A stretch of 64,000 nucleotides of DNA from Adineta vaga (GCA_021613535.1 CP075494.1:15190001-15254000); one strand, 5' to 3'; shown: positions 26,330 through 40,856, counted from the first letter of the stretch. Notes: a model not told the origin generated them from the letters alone. Translations and numbers: made by a program.

Positions 26330-27508
26330 TCAATTGAAAGCTATTAATGTATTAGCATCAATCAAATCTGGATCCAAAGGTAAATTTCTATCTTGTTGAG
26401 CCATCGATTCTTTAATTGTTCCTATCAATTCTCTTGGTCCTTTTAAAATTGTTCTTTCATGAATAATTTCAGTTACATTACTCGGAATTCCATTTAATTC
26501 CATTGCTGATGTTTGTGTACCTTCTGTTCGATCAGTCTGCGTTCCATGTTCTATATTTCTATTTCTTGATGGAGGAATAAATTTTTCCGATGTGTTTACA
26601 CCTGTATCAATGACATTAGGAGGTGCCGGAACAAAATATCCCATTGGCAAATGATGATAAGGATAATATGGATGATAATGATGTGGATGATTCGAACGAA
26701 CTTCAGGTTCCTTAGCGACTGGTTGTGTTCCTTGGTGTTGAATAAGAAATGGTTTTGGTTTTTCGTCTTTATTTTCTATAGTTGCTCGTCGAGCACGTCG
26801 TAAAGCTAGAGCTCGTTGTTTCTCTTCTCTTTCTTGTAACATGGCATATTGTGCCATTTCTTCACGAGCTCGTCGATTTCCATCGTTACAACAATCAAGA
26901 CAAATGATGACAAAAGCAACAATAATTAAACAACTTGCCCCACAAATGCCATAGATTTTAATAACTTGTTCCGTAGTTGTATCTATTCAAATAAAAAAAT
27001 TTGAAATAAAAAAGGCATCAAAATAATTGAAACTATTTACCAGAAGCAAAATAAAGTACTGATAAAACGAGTGATATGAATGCAATGAGAAATAAAATAC
27101 AAATCAAAATATACCAACATATTGTTGCAGCTATAATGAAAAAAAAGATATAATGTCAATAGGGTCAATCATCTCTTCCCATTCGTCTTACCTCGTGAAA
27201 TACCAAATGCTCCAGTTAATGTTGGTTCTTGAACAGTAGTCTACGATGAAATATTAGAATAGATTGAAATTTAATGATACATTGACGAACTTGTTTCGTT
27301 GTTACATTTGTTATTTGAACTTTTTTCTTCTTTTTTTTCGGTTTCGATGTTCGTCCGTCCAAACGTTTTGTATTCGTTTTATTATCAATTATCAAATCAT
27401 TCGTACTAACAGCACTGCCTCGGTCTTTAATACTAGATTAAATCATTACAATAGAAAATCTATTTAAAAAATGGTAACAATTGGTTACCTGTTCGTTGCT
27501 TCTTGCAT
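26330..27508 (-). CDS. Uncharacterised membrane protein (two predicted TM helices, charged and disordered C-terminus)
   Basis: Five exons with GT-AG boundaries from ATG 27508. Hydrophobic segments CWYILICILFLIAFISLVLSVLYF and IYGICGASCLIIVAFVIICL. No family recognised. Confidence 0.6.
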
Positions 27509-28465
27509 CTTTTCGTTTAAATTATAACATTCTGTTTTCGTTACAACGTTTATTTAAGCTTTAGAAATGCAAGAAAATTGAAGTGTACACAATTTACTCT
27601 TTGACAATCATTTGAATAAAAAACATTCAAAGTAAACATAGAAGAAAAAAGAATGAAAAATGAAGATTCATTGATTAACAAACCTATGTTCAATACATAG
27701 ACGTTTACAACTTGAATAATAACAATGTACTCTCAATATAAACACACTACATCTTACAATGATTGATGTTCCATGAAGATATACAAAGAAAAGTTTTGAT
27801 TTTTATGTAGGAAGAATAAAACTACTTTTAAACCTGAATTGATTTCTTAAGAATACAATGAATCAGAGTGAAATATTCCTGTCGTTATGAATACAATAAT
27901 TAAACTCTTTCTTTTGGTTCGGAAATGATACTGAAGAACGATGAAAGAATTGATGTTTTTAGACAAGCGTATAATTTCGATTCGTTCTTTCTCATGCTTC
28001 TATTCTTTACATCGAAAGAGAGCGTATACAGAACTTGGCACACAAGATTGTAATCAATCCAAAAAGAGCATCTTATTAAAGAAGAAGAAAATCATTTTCT
28101 TTTGATGACAAAAAATTCTCATTATCTAATGATAATATAAGCAAGAGCAAAGTATATACTCCAAATATACAATTTCATTTTCCTTAAAAATGTTGCTTAT
28201 TTTCTCATACTAATCAATCATTAAATACCAACAAATTCTTTCTTTTTTTTTTCTTCATCTATGTGCACATCATAATAAGATAATCTTATCAACAACTTGT
28301 TTCGCGTTCTTTTAAGCTTGTCATTAGTTTCCAACATTGTCGATTGGCATATAGATATAATTGTCGTTCTTCGGTTTTTTCTTTGCTTAATAATGATTGT
28401 GCGAAGAGTTGTTCACTAGAAGAAAGAAACGAGTAACAATTTTGTCGCTTTTTATCTTCTTCAAC

Positions 28466-31400
28466 ATGCTTTTCGATTGCCTATTCTTTTTCGTGATTAT
28501 TTTTGTGAATAATATTTTCATTATACAAATGAAAAGTACTGGACTTGTTCTAACAAATATGACATGTGCAAATATTCCATTAGCAAGTTTATCTTCACGA
28601 ACTGATGAACGTTTTACTCAATTGAAAATGTTTGCATCACCACAATTTATTTCCAACTATTCTCAAACATGTGGCAAATTCGATATGTAAATCATTTCGT
28701 TTCTCTACAATTCAAATGATTTTTTTTCTTCTATTTTAGACGATCGACTTATACAGTTTATGTGAAATCTATCAATGCATTAATCGATAATCTTTGTTCA
28801 ATTCTACAAGCACATCCAATGCTTTTAATTTATTTACATGAATATGATATTCAAAATCATGCAACACCAGCTGCTTATTTATTTTTTCTTAAATTATTTA
28901 CTTTTCTACAATATCCAATGTTAACATTTCATTATTTTCATCCATTTCATCCGGAAGTAAAGATTTGTAATGCAAAGATAATATAAATCTTTTTGTTTTT
29001 CTTTTAAGCATTTTCCTAGTTTACGATTCTTTCAATTAGCACCAACTTATCGTGAAGAAGCACGAGCGTTAATTTCTTTAATGGAACGGTATGATTGGAA
29101 TACATTTTCATTAATTATTGAATCACGATTGCCTGGTGAAGAAGAATTAACCGATGAATTTGAACAACATGGCAATGAACAACGAGATTGGTAATTTTTT
29201 TTGTTTTTTTCAATCAAATCTTTAGTAAAAATCGAATTTATTTTAGTAAAAAAACTTTGTGTAATCGTAATCATCTCAAGGGACAAAAGAAGTAAGTTTT
29301 CTTTTTTTACAAATCTTCATTGGTATGAGAAATAATTTGATTAGAAGAACGAAATTTGATTAGCATCCTAATCATCTCGTCGATAGTTGACGAAATGAAA
29401 GAGAATACTAATCACGCGAATCAATGAATATTCGATGAAATACATTTTGTTTTTTGAAAAAAGTTTATCATTCTCATGAGTATTCGAAGAAAAGACCATT
29501 AATGTCAATAATCATTGACTTATATAGAAATATGATTTGATAATCTTTTCTCTTGATTAGATTAACTATTCTGTCGAAAATTGATATGAAAAGTAACAAT
29601 CCATTACATATTCGACAGCAATTAGCATTAATGAATCCAGAAACACGTGTTATTATTGTTCATACAACATCGTAAGTGACGTTTTCTTTTCAATATCATA
29701 TCATTCTTTTATTATTAGATCATTAGCATCTTTAATTGTCAAACAAGCAAATAATATGAGTCTAACGGGATCAGAATATATGTGGATCATGTCATCAATT
29801 GTTCTTTGTAAGTTATTATACCTACGTATGAATGAGTTGCGAAAAATCATTAACTTTATTTGTAGCAACATATAGTAGTGGTGTAACAGAACCAAAAATG
29901 AGTCCTTATACTAATCCAAATCAACGAAAAGTAGATTTTCATCCTGGAACATTAGGTTTGTAAAATTTGATATTCAATTTCAATAAATACAATTCTCATT
30001 TCTTTAGCTTTGTACAATGATGTTACTCGAGGTAAATATCCTTCATACTTTTTTAACACCATTCTTAAATATCTTTTTATAGATACTGTTCTTAGTCGTT
30101 TTGATAAATTCATTGGACCAATATTAACGAATGTTTTTTCTCAAATCACACACATTGAAGAGATTAAAAGATGGAATGAAAATGTAACATTACCTCGACG
30201 TTTTTCACTTCGTGATCAATCTGTATGTGATCGATTGTTTACATCAAATAAATCAATTCATCAAACATTTTTAAAACATTCCTATCCAGATCTTTATAAG
30301 TAAAAATATTTCCTTTTTATATAAACTAATCTAATTGATTGATTTAGTTTATTGAAGGAAGAATTTAAACACGCTTATGGAGTTTTTCAAAGAGATGGTC
30401 TTGCTGTAGCCGCGAATTATTCAGTATTAAATTATCAACATCCAAATCGAGAATGGAAAAAGGTATGATTGCCACTGGGTTTTTTTTGGATTATTTTGCT
30501 TAATTCTCAATGAATAGGTTGGTGAATATGTGAATAGTTCATTAACAATTGCGGATATTCAATGGCCAGGTGAACGTTCGAAACCTCCTCCAGGAAAACC
30601 TGTTATCTATTATTTGAAAGTAGTAACATTAGAAGAGCGTCCTTTTGTTATGTTAAAAGATCCTTCGATCGATGGTAAATGTCAAGCAGGTTCCGTTATT
30701 TGTCGAATTGGTCCAGAAAATTCGTAAGTTAAGAAAATGAAATTTGATCATTCATTTTCGAATATATCTAGAGGTGCTAATCATAGCGATCCATCACATT
30801 ATCAATGTTGTTCCGGATTCTATATTGATATATTCAATGTACTTAAAGAACGATTAAAATTTGAATTTGAACTCTATCAAGTTCTTGATCGAACATGGGG
30901 TGCACGAAATCCAATAACCGTAATGGAATGTCATTTGAAATGAAGACGAAAATTTCGTCATTTCTTTTTCTAGAATAAATGGAATGGTTTGATAGCTGAA
31001 CTTCTGGAAAATCGAGCTGATTTGACATTAACTTCATTGAAAGTAACGACAGAACGAAATTTAGCAGTTGATTTTAGTGTTCCATTGATGGAAACTGGTA
31101 TTGCTTTGATTGTCTCATTAAGACAAGGAGCTATTTCAACAACAGCATTTCTTAGTTCGTATAGAAAATAAATAATCATCTCTAAATTAATTTTAATTGT
31201 CTGTGTCAATTTTAGAACCATATGATTATCGAATATGGATTCTTATTCTATTAGTCACACTTCATGGTGTTGCAATTATGATTTTTCTTTTTGAATATTT
31301 TAAACAGAGATTAACTGCTTATTACACACGTCATGTAAGATTATTATCTTTGGTCAATTACTATATTTCTCGATGAATAGGATCTGAAAAATGGACAAAT

Positions 31401-33059
31401 GTTACCTAGTTCACCATGGCAATTGATTCTTGATCTTCTTCGGTCTGAAAAGAAAGAAGGTTCGAAAGAATAATGAAACTATTGAACTATTTTTGTTTGG
31501 ATATGTGTTTTAGATTTAAATATAACTTTCTTTCAATCCGTTTGGCTTAGTTGGGTTATCCTGTTTCGAGCACCAGCAAAGGTTAATAATCCCAAAGGTT
31601 TCACATCAAAATTTATGGCAAATATTTGGGCGTGTTTTTGTTTGGCATTTACTGCGAGTTATACAGCTAATTTAGGTATGTTTTTCTTCGTCCTCTTAAT
31701 TCATAATTCAATTCAATTCAATTCAATTCATTATGATTTGTCATGTCTTCTAGCGGCTTTTATGATTACAAAAGATACTTATTTTGAACTATCTGGAATT
31801 ACTGATAGTCGCGTATGTTATACTTTCGATGAAGGATAGATCTACTTTTGTTTTGTTGCTATATTAGATAGCCAATCCTCATTCAGTAAAACCACCATTT
31901 CGTTATGGAACAGTTGCTAATGGAGTAAGTTACTCAATCAATGAAATAGAAAAAAAATTCCATTCAAATTTCTTGTTTTTAGAGTACGGATGAAGTAGTA
32001 AAAACAAATCATAAACAAGCTTATACATACATGAAACAATTTATGAAACGAAACATTTCCGACGGCATTAAAGCATTGAAAGCACAGTAAAAATCGTTCG
32101 ATTGTTCATAGAATTCATTTTTATCCTTGATTATTTCTAGTGAATTACATGCATTTTTATATGATGCAGTTGTACTTGATTATTTAAGTGGACAAGATGA
32201 TGAATGTAAATTACGTGTTGTTGGAAATTGGTATGCAATGACGGGATATGGTATTGCATATCCAAAACAATCGAAATTTAAAGAAATGATTAATAAAGAA
32301 ATTATTGAAATGCATCATTCGGGAGAAATCGAACGACTTCGAAGATTTTGGTTTACAGGTATCAAAACACAAGAATTATTTCATTTTTCACTTTATAAAT
32401 CTATTGCTTTCTTTAGGTGCATGCAAACCGGATATGTTAGAACAATCTCAACGAAGTAGTCAACCTTTAGATGTAAGAATTTGTCTTTTGATTATAACAC
32501 TCATATAAAGTGTATATGAGAATTTCTAGGAGAGAAATTTCACATCGGCATTTTTACTTCTCTGTGGTGGAACATTGATTGCAATTATTATACTTATTTC
32601 TGAAAATGCATATTCACGAGTTGTTGTTCGACCAAAACGAACTGCTCGTGATAGTAATAATGGAGTAGTAAGAATTATGAAATTTGTTTTTCTCTCTTTC
32701 GAATCTTATATACGGTCTTGTAGGAAGGTAAACCTATGATTAATAATAATAGAAATTCGAATCACATGATTCATACACGACGTGAAAAAATCTTAGAAAA
32801 TTATATTGAAATCTTAAAAGAACGTATTGAAGAATTAGAAACTGAAATATCAACGAAATCATTATTTCCACAATTGGATGAGAGTGAAAAGAAACGTAAG
32901 AATACATCGGAAGGTTTGGTGCTACCCGTAACCTATATATCTGAACCAGAATCAACACCTAGATTAGAAATTGTTTCATGTTCGTCAAACGATGACAATC
33001 GAATACAATTATTACTTGTTGAACAATCACATTCATCTGAATATGAAACCATTGTTTAA
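28466..33059 (+). CDS. NMDA-type ionotropic glutamate receptor, GluN2/Nmdar2-like subunit
   Basis: LKVVTLEERPFV, CCSGFYIDI, ERNLAVDFSVPLMETGI, STTAFLEPYD, M3 SYTANLAAFMI, FRYGTVANGST, FLYDAVVLDYL, WYAMTGYGIA and RLRRFWFTGAC. C-terminal ETIV is a PDZ-type motif. About 20 exons. Confidence 0.93.
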
Positions 33060-33184
33060 ATAGTTTTTTTTTGTAAAATTTTATTGAAATAAATGATTTA
33101 TTCTACGGTGCACATGTAAAACTAGATTAAGAAAAATAGAATACTATGATTTGTAATCAAAGAAAAAGACGACTGAAGAGTCAA

Positions 33185-35224
33185 TTAATGATGATGAAGT
33201 TTTCGAAATACTTTTGTTTTTTGTTTTGGACTAATATTCTGTAATTTAAATACCCATGCCCAATCACTGGCGAGTGAATAGATTTTAATACTGGATACAT
33301 CAATAATAATACCACCACTTGAGCCAGCTGAACGCCAATTCAATGGACCAGCATTGGAACCAAGAAGTGTAACTGTTGTACTAGCTGAAGTAACTGGAGC
33401 ACCAAGTGCTACTTCAGTAGTATTGTTTGGCCAAACTAGAAGATTTGCATATACAGATTGACCATCTTTCGATGCCGTATACCTATATTAAGCACAAACA
33501 CAATCACCTTTTTGTCTTCCCCATCATCAACTTACCAAACATTTGAATTGACAGTATCATTTTGATATTTCCATGGAACACTGTTATAGATAGCTTCACC
33601 GTTGACTTTCAACCATGAACCCATTTGACGAAGACGTTCTTCAAAGATTGGTGCAATCTTTCCATACGAAGTTGGACCAATATTAATGAGTACATTTCCA
33701 CCAGTACTAAATTAAATCCTCAGAAAAATCACATCCCATAGTGACTGGAAGACTTACCTAACAGTAGTAACGATTTCAACAAGGATTTCTTGAATAGTAC
33801 GATAATCATTAACACCAGATGTTCGAAGAAAACCCCATGAATTTTTATCGATCTATAATACGAAATCAATCTATATTGTTCGATACAAAACTATATCACA
33901 TACAGTAAAACAATTTTCCCATTTATGTGTAACAAGATGTCCTGGATTATAATGATCAGAACATGTATAGAAACCACCATGATGACAAGGCATATCACTA
34001 CCCCATCTATCATTGACGACCTTCAATATAAAAGATAAGTTGTCTTCTCAGATGTTTCATTTTGAGAAAGTAAATGAGACATACAACTGTATCTTTCACT
34101 GGACTTTCATTATAAAGCCAAGCGAGAAACTCTGTTGAATTCCAATATGTATATGGTGCTTCTAAAACAATCAGATTAAATACATCTTTAGATGAATCAG
34201 GTTAATAGTAATAAAATTCAAACCCCAATCTCCATCTGACCAAATTACTGAAGGTTTATATGTTTCAACGATTTCGACTAGTTCTGGAAGAGTTTTCGTC
34301 TAAATATCCAATTCAATTATGTTTATCTTTTATATCAATTTGCAAACTTACATTAGGAAATAGTTGTGACTTGAAACCACCTGCTTTATCTTCGAGATAA
34401 AGTGGATGAAACCATTCAAACATTGAATGATATAATCCAAATGTAATGTTTGTTCGTGCACGAATGGCATTAGCAAGTTCACCTAAAAACTCAAACATGT
34501 GAAAAATAAACGATAAATGAACATATACCAAGTAAATCTCGTTTAGGACCAACATCCATCGCATTCCAATTAAATGAGTATTTCGATGGCCATAATGTGA
34601 AACCTTCATGATGCTATTCAAAAAGAATTAAATTATATAGTTGAATTGAGTTCTATATCAAAATTTACCTTGCTGGTAAGTACAACATATCTATATAAAA
34701 TATAAAAATCATCATTAAGAGAAGACATTAGGATAAACATACTTAGCACCGGATGCGCCCAGTATATCGGCCCATTCATTAGGATCTAAGATGAAATCAT
34801 TGTATTTTTCTAAGTTAGTTCTAAAATTATGATTTTAATTTACTATAAAATTCAGCACGAAATTGTTCTGCAAAATCTGCATATGTCCAATCAGCTGGAT
34901 AGGTTTTATTCATAAAAGCTACAATGTCAGCATTTGGACTGTTTCCTTTCCATTGCCACCACATCCTAAATACGCGAAAATGAAGTGAGTTTATGTCTTT
35001 CATGTTCAATAGATGATAAAAATGCAATCGTACCATTCTGAACCAATGGAAGGAACACTGAAGACACCCCAATGAATAAAGATACCTATTTTACTTTCAT
35101 CGTACCATGCCGGTAATGGACGTGAATCTAATGATGTCCAATCTGGTGTATATTGTTGTTCAGTAAATGGTACACCACAGAAACAAACGACAGCTATGTA
35201 TATTACTCCTATGGGAGAAAACAT
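33185..35224 (-). CDS. Alpha-L-fucosidase (GH29), copy 1
   Basis: Signal peptide, [43 protein letters not shown], nucleophile motif IWSDGDW, VNDRWG, HKWENC and NIGP. Includes a ~22-nt microexon near 34670-34690. Confidence 0.95.
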
Positions 35225-35622
35225 CTTGTCTAAAGCAAGGAGATAATCGCAAATGTGACCAGTGTGCCTCCGACACGAATATATAAATATATATAAAGGT
35301 GTGTTTCTATTCTGAGTAGCAAAACTTAAAGATTAGATAAAAGTTATTTACAAGAAAAACAACAAATATAATTTTGCAAATATTATCATCAATGTAGGAA
35401 AATTGTTAGCGATATTGTTTTAGAAAGCGATAATGTTAAATTGTTTTTATTTTTAAAAAGTAATCGAGACTAGAAAAGAAAGTATTAACAAGGCAATGCA
35501 ATAACTATGTGAATCATCGTATGGTTAAAAAAGAAATCAAGAAAAAGGAATGATAAGAGAAGATATCACATAAAAGATATGATAAATAGTTGAAATTTTA
35601 TCAAAAAAAGGAATATGGAGTA

Positions 35623-37698
35623 TTAGTTTTCATCATTTGCTTTGCTTTCCATGAAGGGTTTATAACCACGAACATTTTCCAATTTGAATACCCATACCCA
35701 ATCACTGGCAAGTGAATAGATTTTGATATTTGATACATCAATAATAATACCACCATCATAACTTGCTGGACGCCATTGTATCGCGTCCACATCGGAGCCA
35801 AGAAGTGTAATTGTTGTACCTGATGATGTAACTGGAGCACCAAGTTTGATTTCCGTTGTACTATTTGGCCAAACAAGAAGACTTGCATACACATATTGTC
35901 CATCTTTCGATGCCGTATACCTATATTAAGCACAAACACAATCACCTTTTTGTCTTCACCATCATCAACTTACCAAACATTGGAATTGACAGTATCATTC
36001 TGATATTTCCATGGAACACTGTTATAGATAGCTTCACCATTGACTTTCAACCATGAACCCATTTGACGAAGACGTTCTTCATAGATTGGTGCAATCTTTC
36101 CATAAGCTGTTGGACCAACATTGATCAGTACATTGCCACCGGTACTAAATCATACTCTCAAGATGAAAACTATAGTTGGTAGTGAATGGAAAGACTTACC
36201 TAACAGTAGTAACTATTTCTTGGAGTAATTCTTTAATACTCATATAATCTTCCAATTTAGCAGGACGACGAAAACCCCATGAGACTTTATCAATCTATTA
36301 TAAAAAATCAAGCTCTATTGTTCAATACAAAATGATATGACCTACAGTAAAACAATTTTCCCATTTGTGAGTGACAAGATGTCCAGGATTATAACGATCT
36401 GAACAAGTATAAAAATCACCATGTTGACATGGAACCCCAAAACCCCAACGATCATTAACAACCTTAAACATCAGAATCATTCTTAATTATCTTTCGTATT
36501 AAAATCAACTTTACATACAACAACATCTTTCACCGGACTTTCATTGTAGAGCCATGCAAGAAATTCTGTTGAATTCCAATATGTATCTGGTGCTTCTATA
36601 AAATATGAGAAGGTATAATCAAATAGAATTTAAAATATTCATGTTGTTCTACAAACCCCAATCCCCATCTGACCAAATTACTGCTGGTTTGTATGTTTCG
36701 ACGAGTTCGACTAGTTCTGGAAGAATTTTCATCTAAAATACATTTCGTCATCTTCAAATACATCTCAAATAAATGAAACATACACTTGGAAAATATTGTG
36801 TTTTAAATTGATTCTTTTTATCTTCTAAATACAACGGATTAAACCACTCATATAATGAATGATATAAACCAAAAGTAAGATTTGTTCGAGCACGAATAGC
36901 ACCAGCAAGATCACCTGTAAGTACAAATGTTACTATCTATTTCATCATGTCGAATAATTGAAACTTTACCAACTAAATCTCGTTTAGGACCAACATCCAT
37001 CGCATTCCAACTGAATGAATATTTCGATGGCCATAATGTAAAACCTTCATGATGCTATACAAAAGATGGAGAAATGAAGAAAACTTATCTTTTAAACAAA
37101 GACTAACCTTGCTTGTAAGTACAACATATCTAAATAAAATAAAATAAAAGGAGAATAATCATGACTATTAAAAGATAAGATGAATCTACTTTGCGCCGGA
37201 TGCACCCAGTATATCAGCCCATTCATTTGGATCTAAAATTATAGATTATAATCCATCGTTCACAGATCATCTTTTATACTAACCGAAAAATTCTGCACGA
37301 AATTCTCGTGCAAAATCTGCATATGTCCAATCAGCTGGATAGTTCTTTTCCATAAAAGCAACTGTTTCAGGATTTGGATTATCACCTTTCCATGCCCACC
37401 ACATCCTATATAGAAAGAAAATATGTATTTTTTACTTCTAATATTATATTCAAAGAATATCAGACATCAATACGAAGGATATAAATGAGATTTAAAAAAG
37501 TACATACCATTCAGACTCAATCGATGGTACACTGAAGACACCCCAATGAATAAATATTCCTACTTTACTTTCATCATACCACAAAGGTAATGATCGTTTA
37601 TCCAATGAGTTCCAATCCGGTGCATATTTTTGATTAGTAAATAGTACAAATGAAAATAAAATCACCGCATTGAATATTCGTGCTGGTGATGAGTACAT
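35623..37698 (-). CDS. Alpha-L-fucosidase (GH29), copy 2 (tandem paralog)
   Basis: Same exon structure and motifs as copy 1 ([24 protein letters not shown]). No frame disruption noticed. Confidence 0.93.
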
Positions 37699-37821
37699 TC
37701 TATCTATCTGAAAAATGTTATGTTGTTAACTTATCTCTCTTCACCTCTTTATAGATATTCATATCGATTTTGATAAAAGTAAAAAAAAAAGAAAAAGAAA
37801 AGTTATGTAATCGAGTCTCAC

Positions 37822-38006
37822 CATGCTTCGGAAGTAATCGATGGAACACTGAAGACACCCCAATGAATGAATATACCCACTTTAGCTTGATCAAACCAAC
37901 TAGGTATTGATCTTGTATCGAGAGATGACCAATCTGGTGTATAGATCGACTTAGAATAAACAAATATTGTAAAGAATAGAAGAAGACGGAGATAGAAATA
38001 TTCCAT
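37822..38006 (-). CDS. Extra duplicated first coding exon of fucosidase copy 2 (alternative first exon or relic)
   Basis: [62 protein letters not shown], then a phase-2 GTGAG donor. This is the same phase as the exon at 37508-37698. Confidence 0.75.
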
Positions 38007-38692
38007 TATCTACAAACAAAGGGATTATTTGATTAAAAATGAGATTGAACTAGAGTAATATATTATATAAATACTGATCAAATCAATTCGTTTATCAAAA
38101 AGCAAACAATATAGAATAGTAAGTTTATTTACACGCATTCTTGTACAATATCATATCTGATCTTCACGGTCTTGTTTTTTCTACACAGAAAGCAAGAAAA
38201 GAAATCATATGTATATGTCATTTAATTAATTTGAGTCGCCCATGTTTGATGTTCTAGATTCTTGATTGTCAAAATTAGTGACATCTATCCTATGAAGATC
38301 GAAATTTCTTATTAAACTAAAGGATTGAATTAAAATGAAATTGTGAAAATAAAGTTCAATGTTTTTTCAACGAATTTTTCATAAATTATTTTCGAATTTT
38401 TTCATTGGTAGAGATGTAAAAAGAAAGAGAAGATAATGAGGAGGATAGAGATATATGACACAGGAGCAAGATGGCATTAACATTGCGTAAAGAGAAGAAA
38501 CAGGAAAAATGAATTGAAATACTTTTGTCGAATGGTAACAAATTCAGATTATTCTAATGGTGTCTAGTGACGGTATTGACGAGACATAGAAAAAAATACA
38601 ATAAACTGGTTTTTCTTTCAATTTGTTTTTCTCACTTCAAATCAGTAAGTTTGAATATTCGTTTGAAATTTTACAAAATGACTTCTTTTTAA

Positions 38693-40856
38693 GATCAAAA
38701 GTGGATCCAAGTGGATATCAACCTAGTCTTGTTGACTCGTCTGCTCCTCCTGGAATTTGGCAAAGTCCTCATCCACCACCATCGTTACCTCCTTCTCATC
38801 ATCACCAGCAGCAGCAGCAGCAACAACATCCGGGACGTTTTCCACCCATGCCACCACGCGATTTACATTTCCCGTAAGACTTTCTTTTTCATATACATTC
38901 GAACAATAGTTTCAGGATTGTTTATAATAGACTTCAACACATGAGACAATTTCGACCATCCTTACCTTCTCCGGAATATCGTCTTTATGATTTAAATAAA
39001 CGTTTATCTATGAAACCTGAGGTAATGAATCGAAATTTCAATTCAGACAAATCAAACAACGATTTGTCTTTGTTGCAGGAATGTGATAATCTTTGGTGGG
39101 ATTCGTTTGTTAATGAATTTTTTGAAGAAGATGCAAGTATGACTATATCAATATGTCTTGATGACGGACCCAAACGATTTCGTAAGAATGTTTTTCAAAA
39201 TAATAATGTTATTTATTGTTTCTTCTTATTCAATTAAAGATATTGGTCGTATTTTAATTCCTCGATTTTTTCGTGTATTATGCGATGGAGATGTTAGTGA
39301 AGTTTATTTTGTTTTGAAACATTCAAAAGAAATGTTTCATAATACAGCTCTATCAATCGATTGTGAACAAGGATCATTGATAACCTGTTTTGGAAAACCA
39401 TCATTTATAAAAGTAAGTTTAAAGAACGATTGAATCAAAATATTTATTCTTTATTTTATTACTTGAAAGGTTTGTACAGAAGGACATTTCAATATCGAGT
39501 TTACATATGATGATTTAATGCGTATAAAATCATGGCATTTTTCAATCAAACAACATCGAGAATTAATTCCAAGAAGTGTTGTTGCTATACCAGTATGAAT
39601 GACTCTTTCTTAATCGTTGAATTGAATAGCAGAAAAAATCTTGAATTGTATTTAGACTGATAATCCAACTTATCTTGATCAATTATCAAAAAATTATACT
39701 CGGAATGGTCTTACAATATCGATGTTAAATTTTCTTCGAGTAAAATTCATCTTACAACATTTGTTCATTATTGTGAAATCTTTTTAGTTATGTGAAATTC
39801 TTGAACCAATGCAAGAATTAATGTCTCGTCATAAAACGACTGCATTTTCTCCACGTGATTGTTTAAAAACTATCTTACATCAACGTTGGTCAAAAACTTG
39901 TTCAGATACTCGACCAGTCGCAAAAACTAGACGAAAACGAAAAAATGCTGTAGGAAATAATAATTTACCAAACAATAAAGAGACAACTGGTCCGAATTGT
40001 ACCACACCAACGAAAAAGCGTTCACCAGCTAATAATAATTATGCTCCACCGCCATTACAAGGACTAAATAATATGCCTGGGGTAAGAACAATGATCCTTT
40101 ACTTTTGAACGGTATAGATAGGATATTTTTTAGGATGTTATGATTGTTGGTGAACCATCATTAATGGGTGGTGAAATGGATGATGAAGATGAACGTTATA
40201 TAACTCGTCTTGAAAATAGTCAATATGATCCAAATGGTATTCCATTATCACAATTTCATTCTCCAAATCCACAAATGGCATCAGGTTATCAACAAAATCC
40301 AAATCTTCAGTCATTACTTCATCCTAAACAACAACCGTTTTTACCAAATTCAAATCAACTTTTAAATCATAATCAAATGAAACGAGAACAAATATCTTTT
40401 CCTGGATCACCATCACAACAACAATTACCGTCCATGTTTGCTAATAATTCACCAACACCCAATGGTCTGAATACATCATTAAATGGTGAATTGTCATCAT
40501 CAGTAGCAGGGAAAAGACTTTCAACAACCAATTATAATTCTTCCAATTCTCCGCAAACACTTTCAGCAAACAATCATAATCAGGTTTGATTCTATAGAAT
40601 TTATATTGTCTATTCGCAGTTTATAAACTAAGTTAAAAATGATAGACTGTGGAGAACGTTCTAGTTTCAATATATTTTACAATTTTATGATAATTTTCTA
40701 TCTTAGATTTCATCAATTCCAGCACCTTCAACTCCAATGAATTCTTCATGGAATAATTCTTCTTCCACAATTCTAAATTCAGTTGTAGCAGAAAAAAAAC
40801 AAGAACCTCATACCCCACCTGTTACTCCACAACAAACTATTGCAACAGCCTCATAA
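38693..40856 (+). CDS. LDB1: LIM domain-binding protein (LDB1/2, Chip); start codon uncertain
   Basis: EYRLYDLNKRL, CDNLWWDSFVNEFFEEDA, IGRILIPRFFR, MRIKSWHF, ILEPMQELMSRHK..SPRDCLKT, and LIM-interaction domain DVMIVGEPSLMGGEMDDEDERYITRLENSQYD. Confidence 0.93.
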
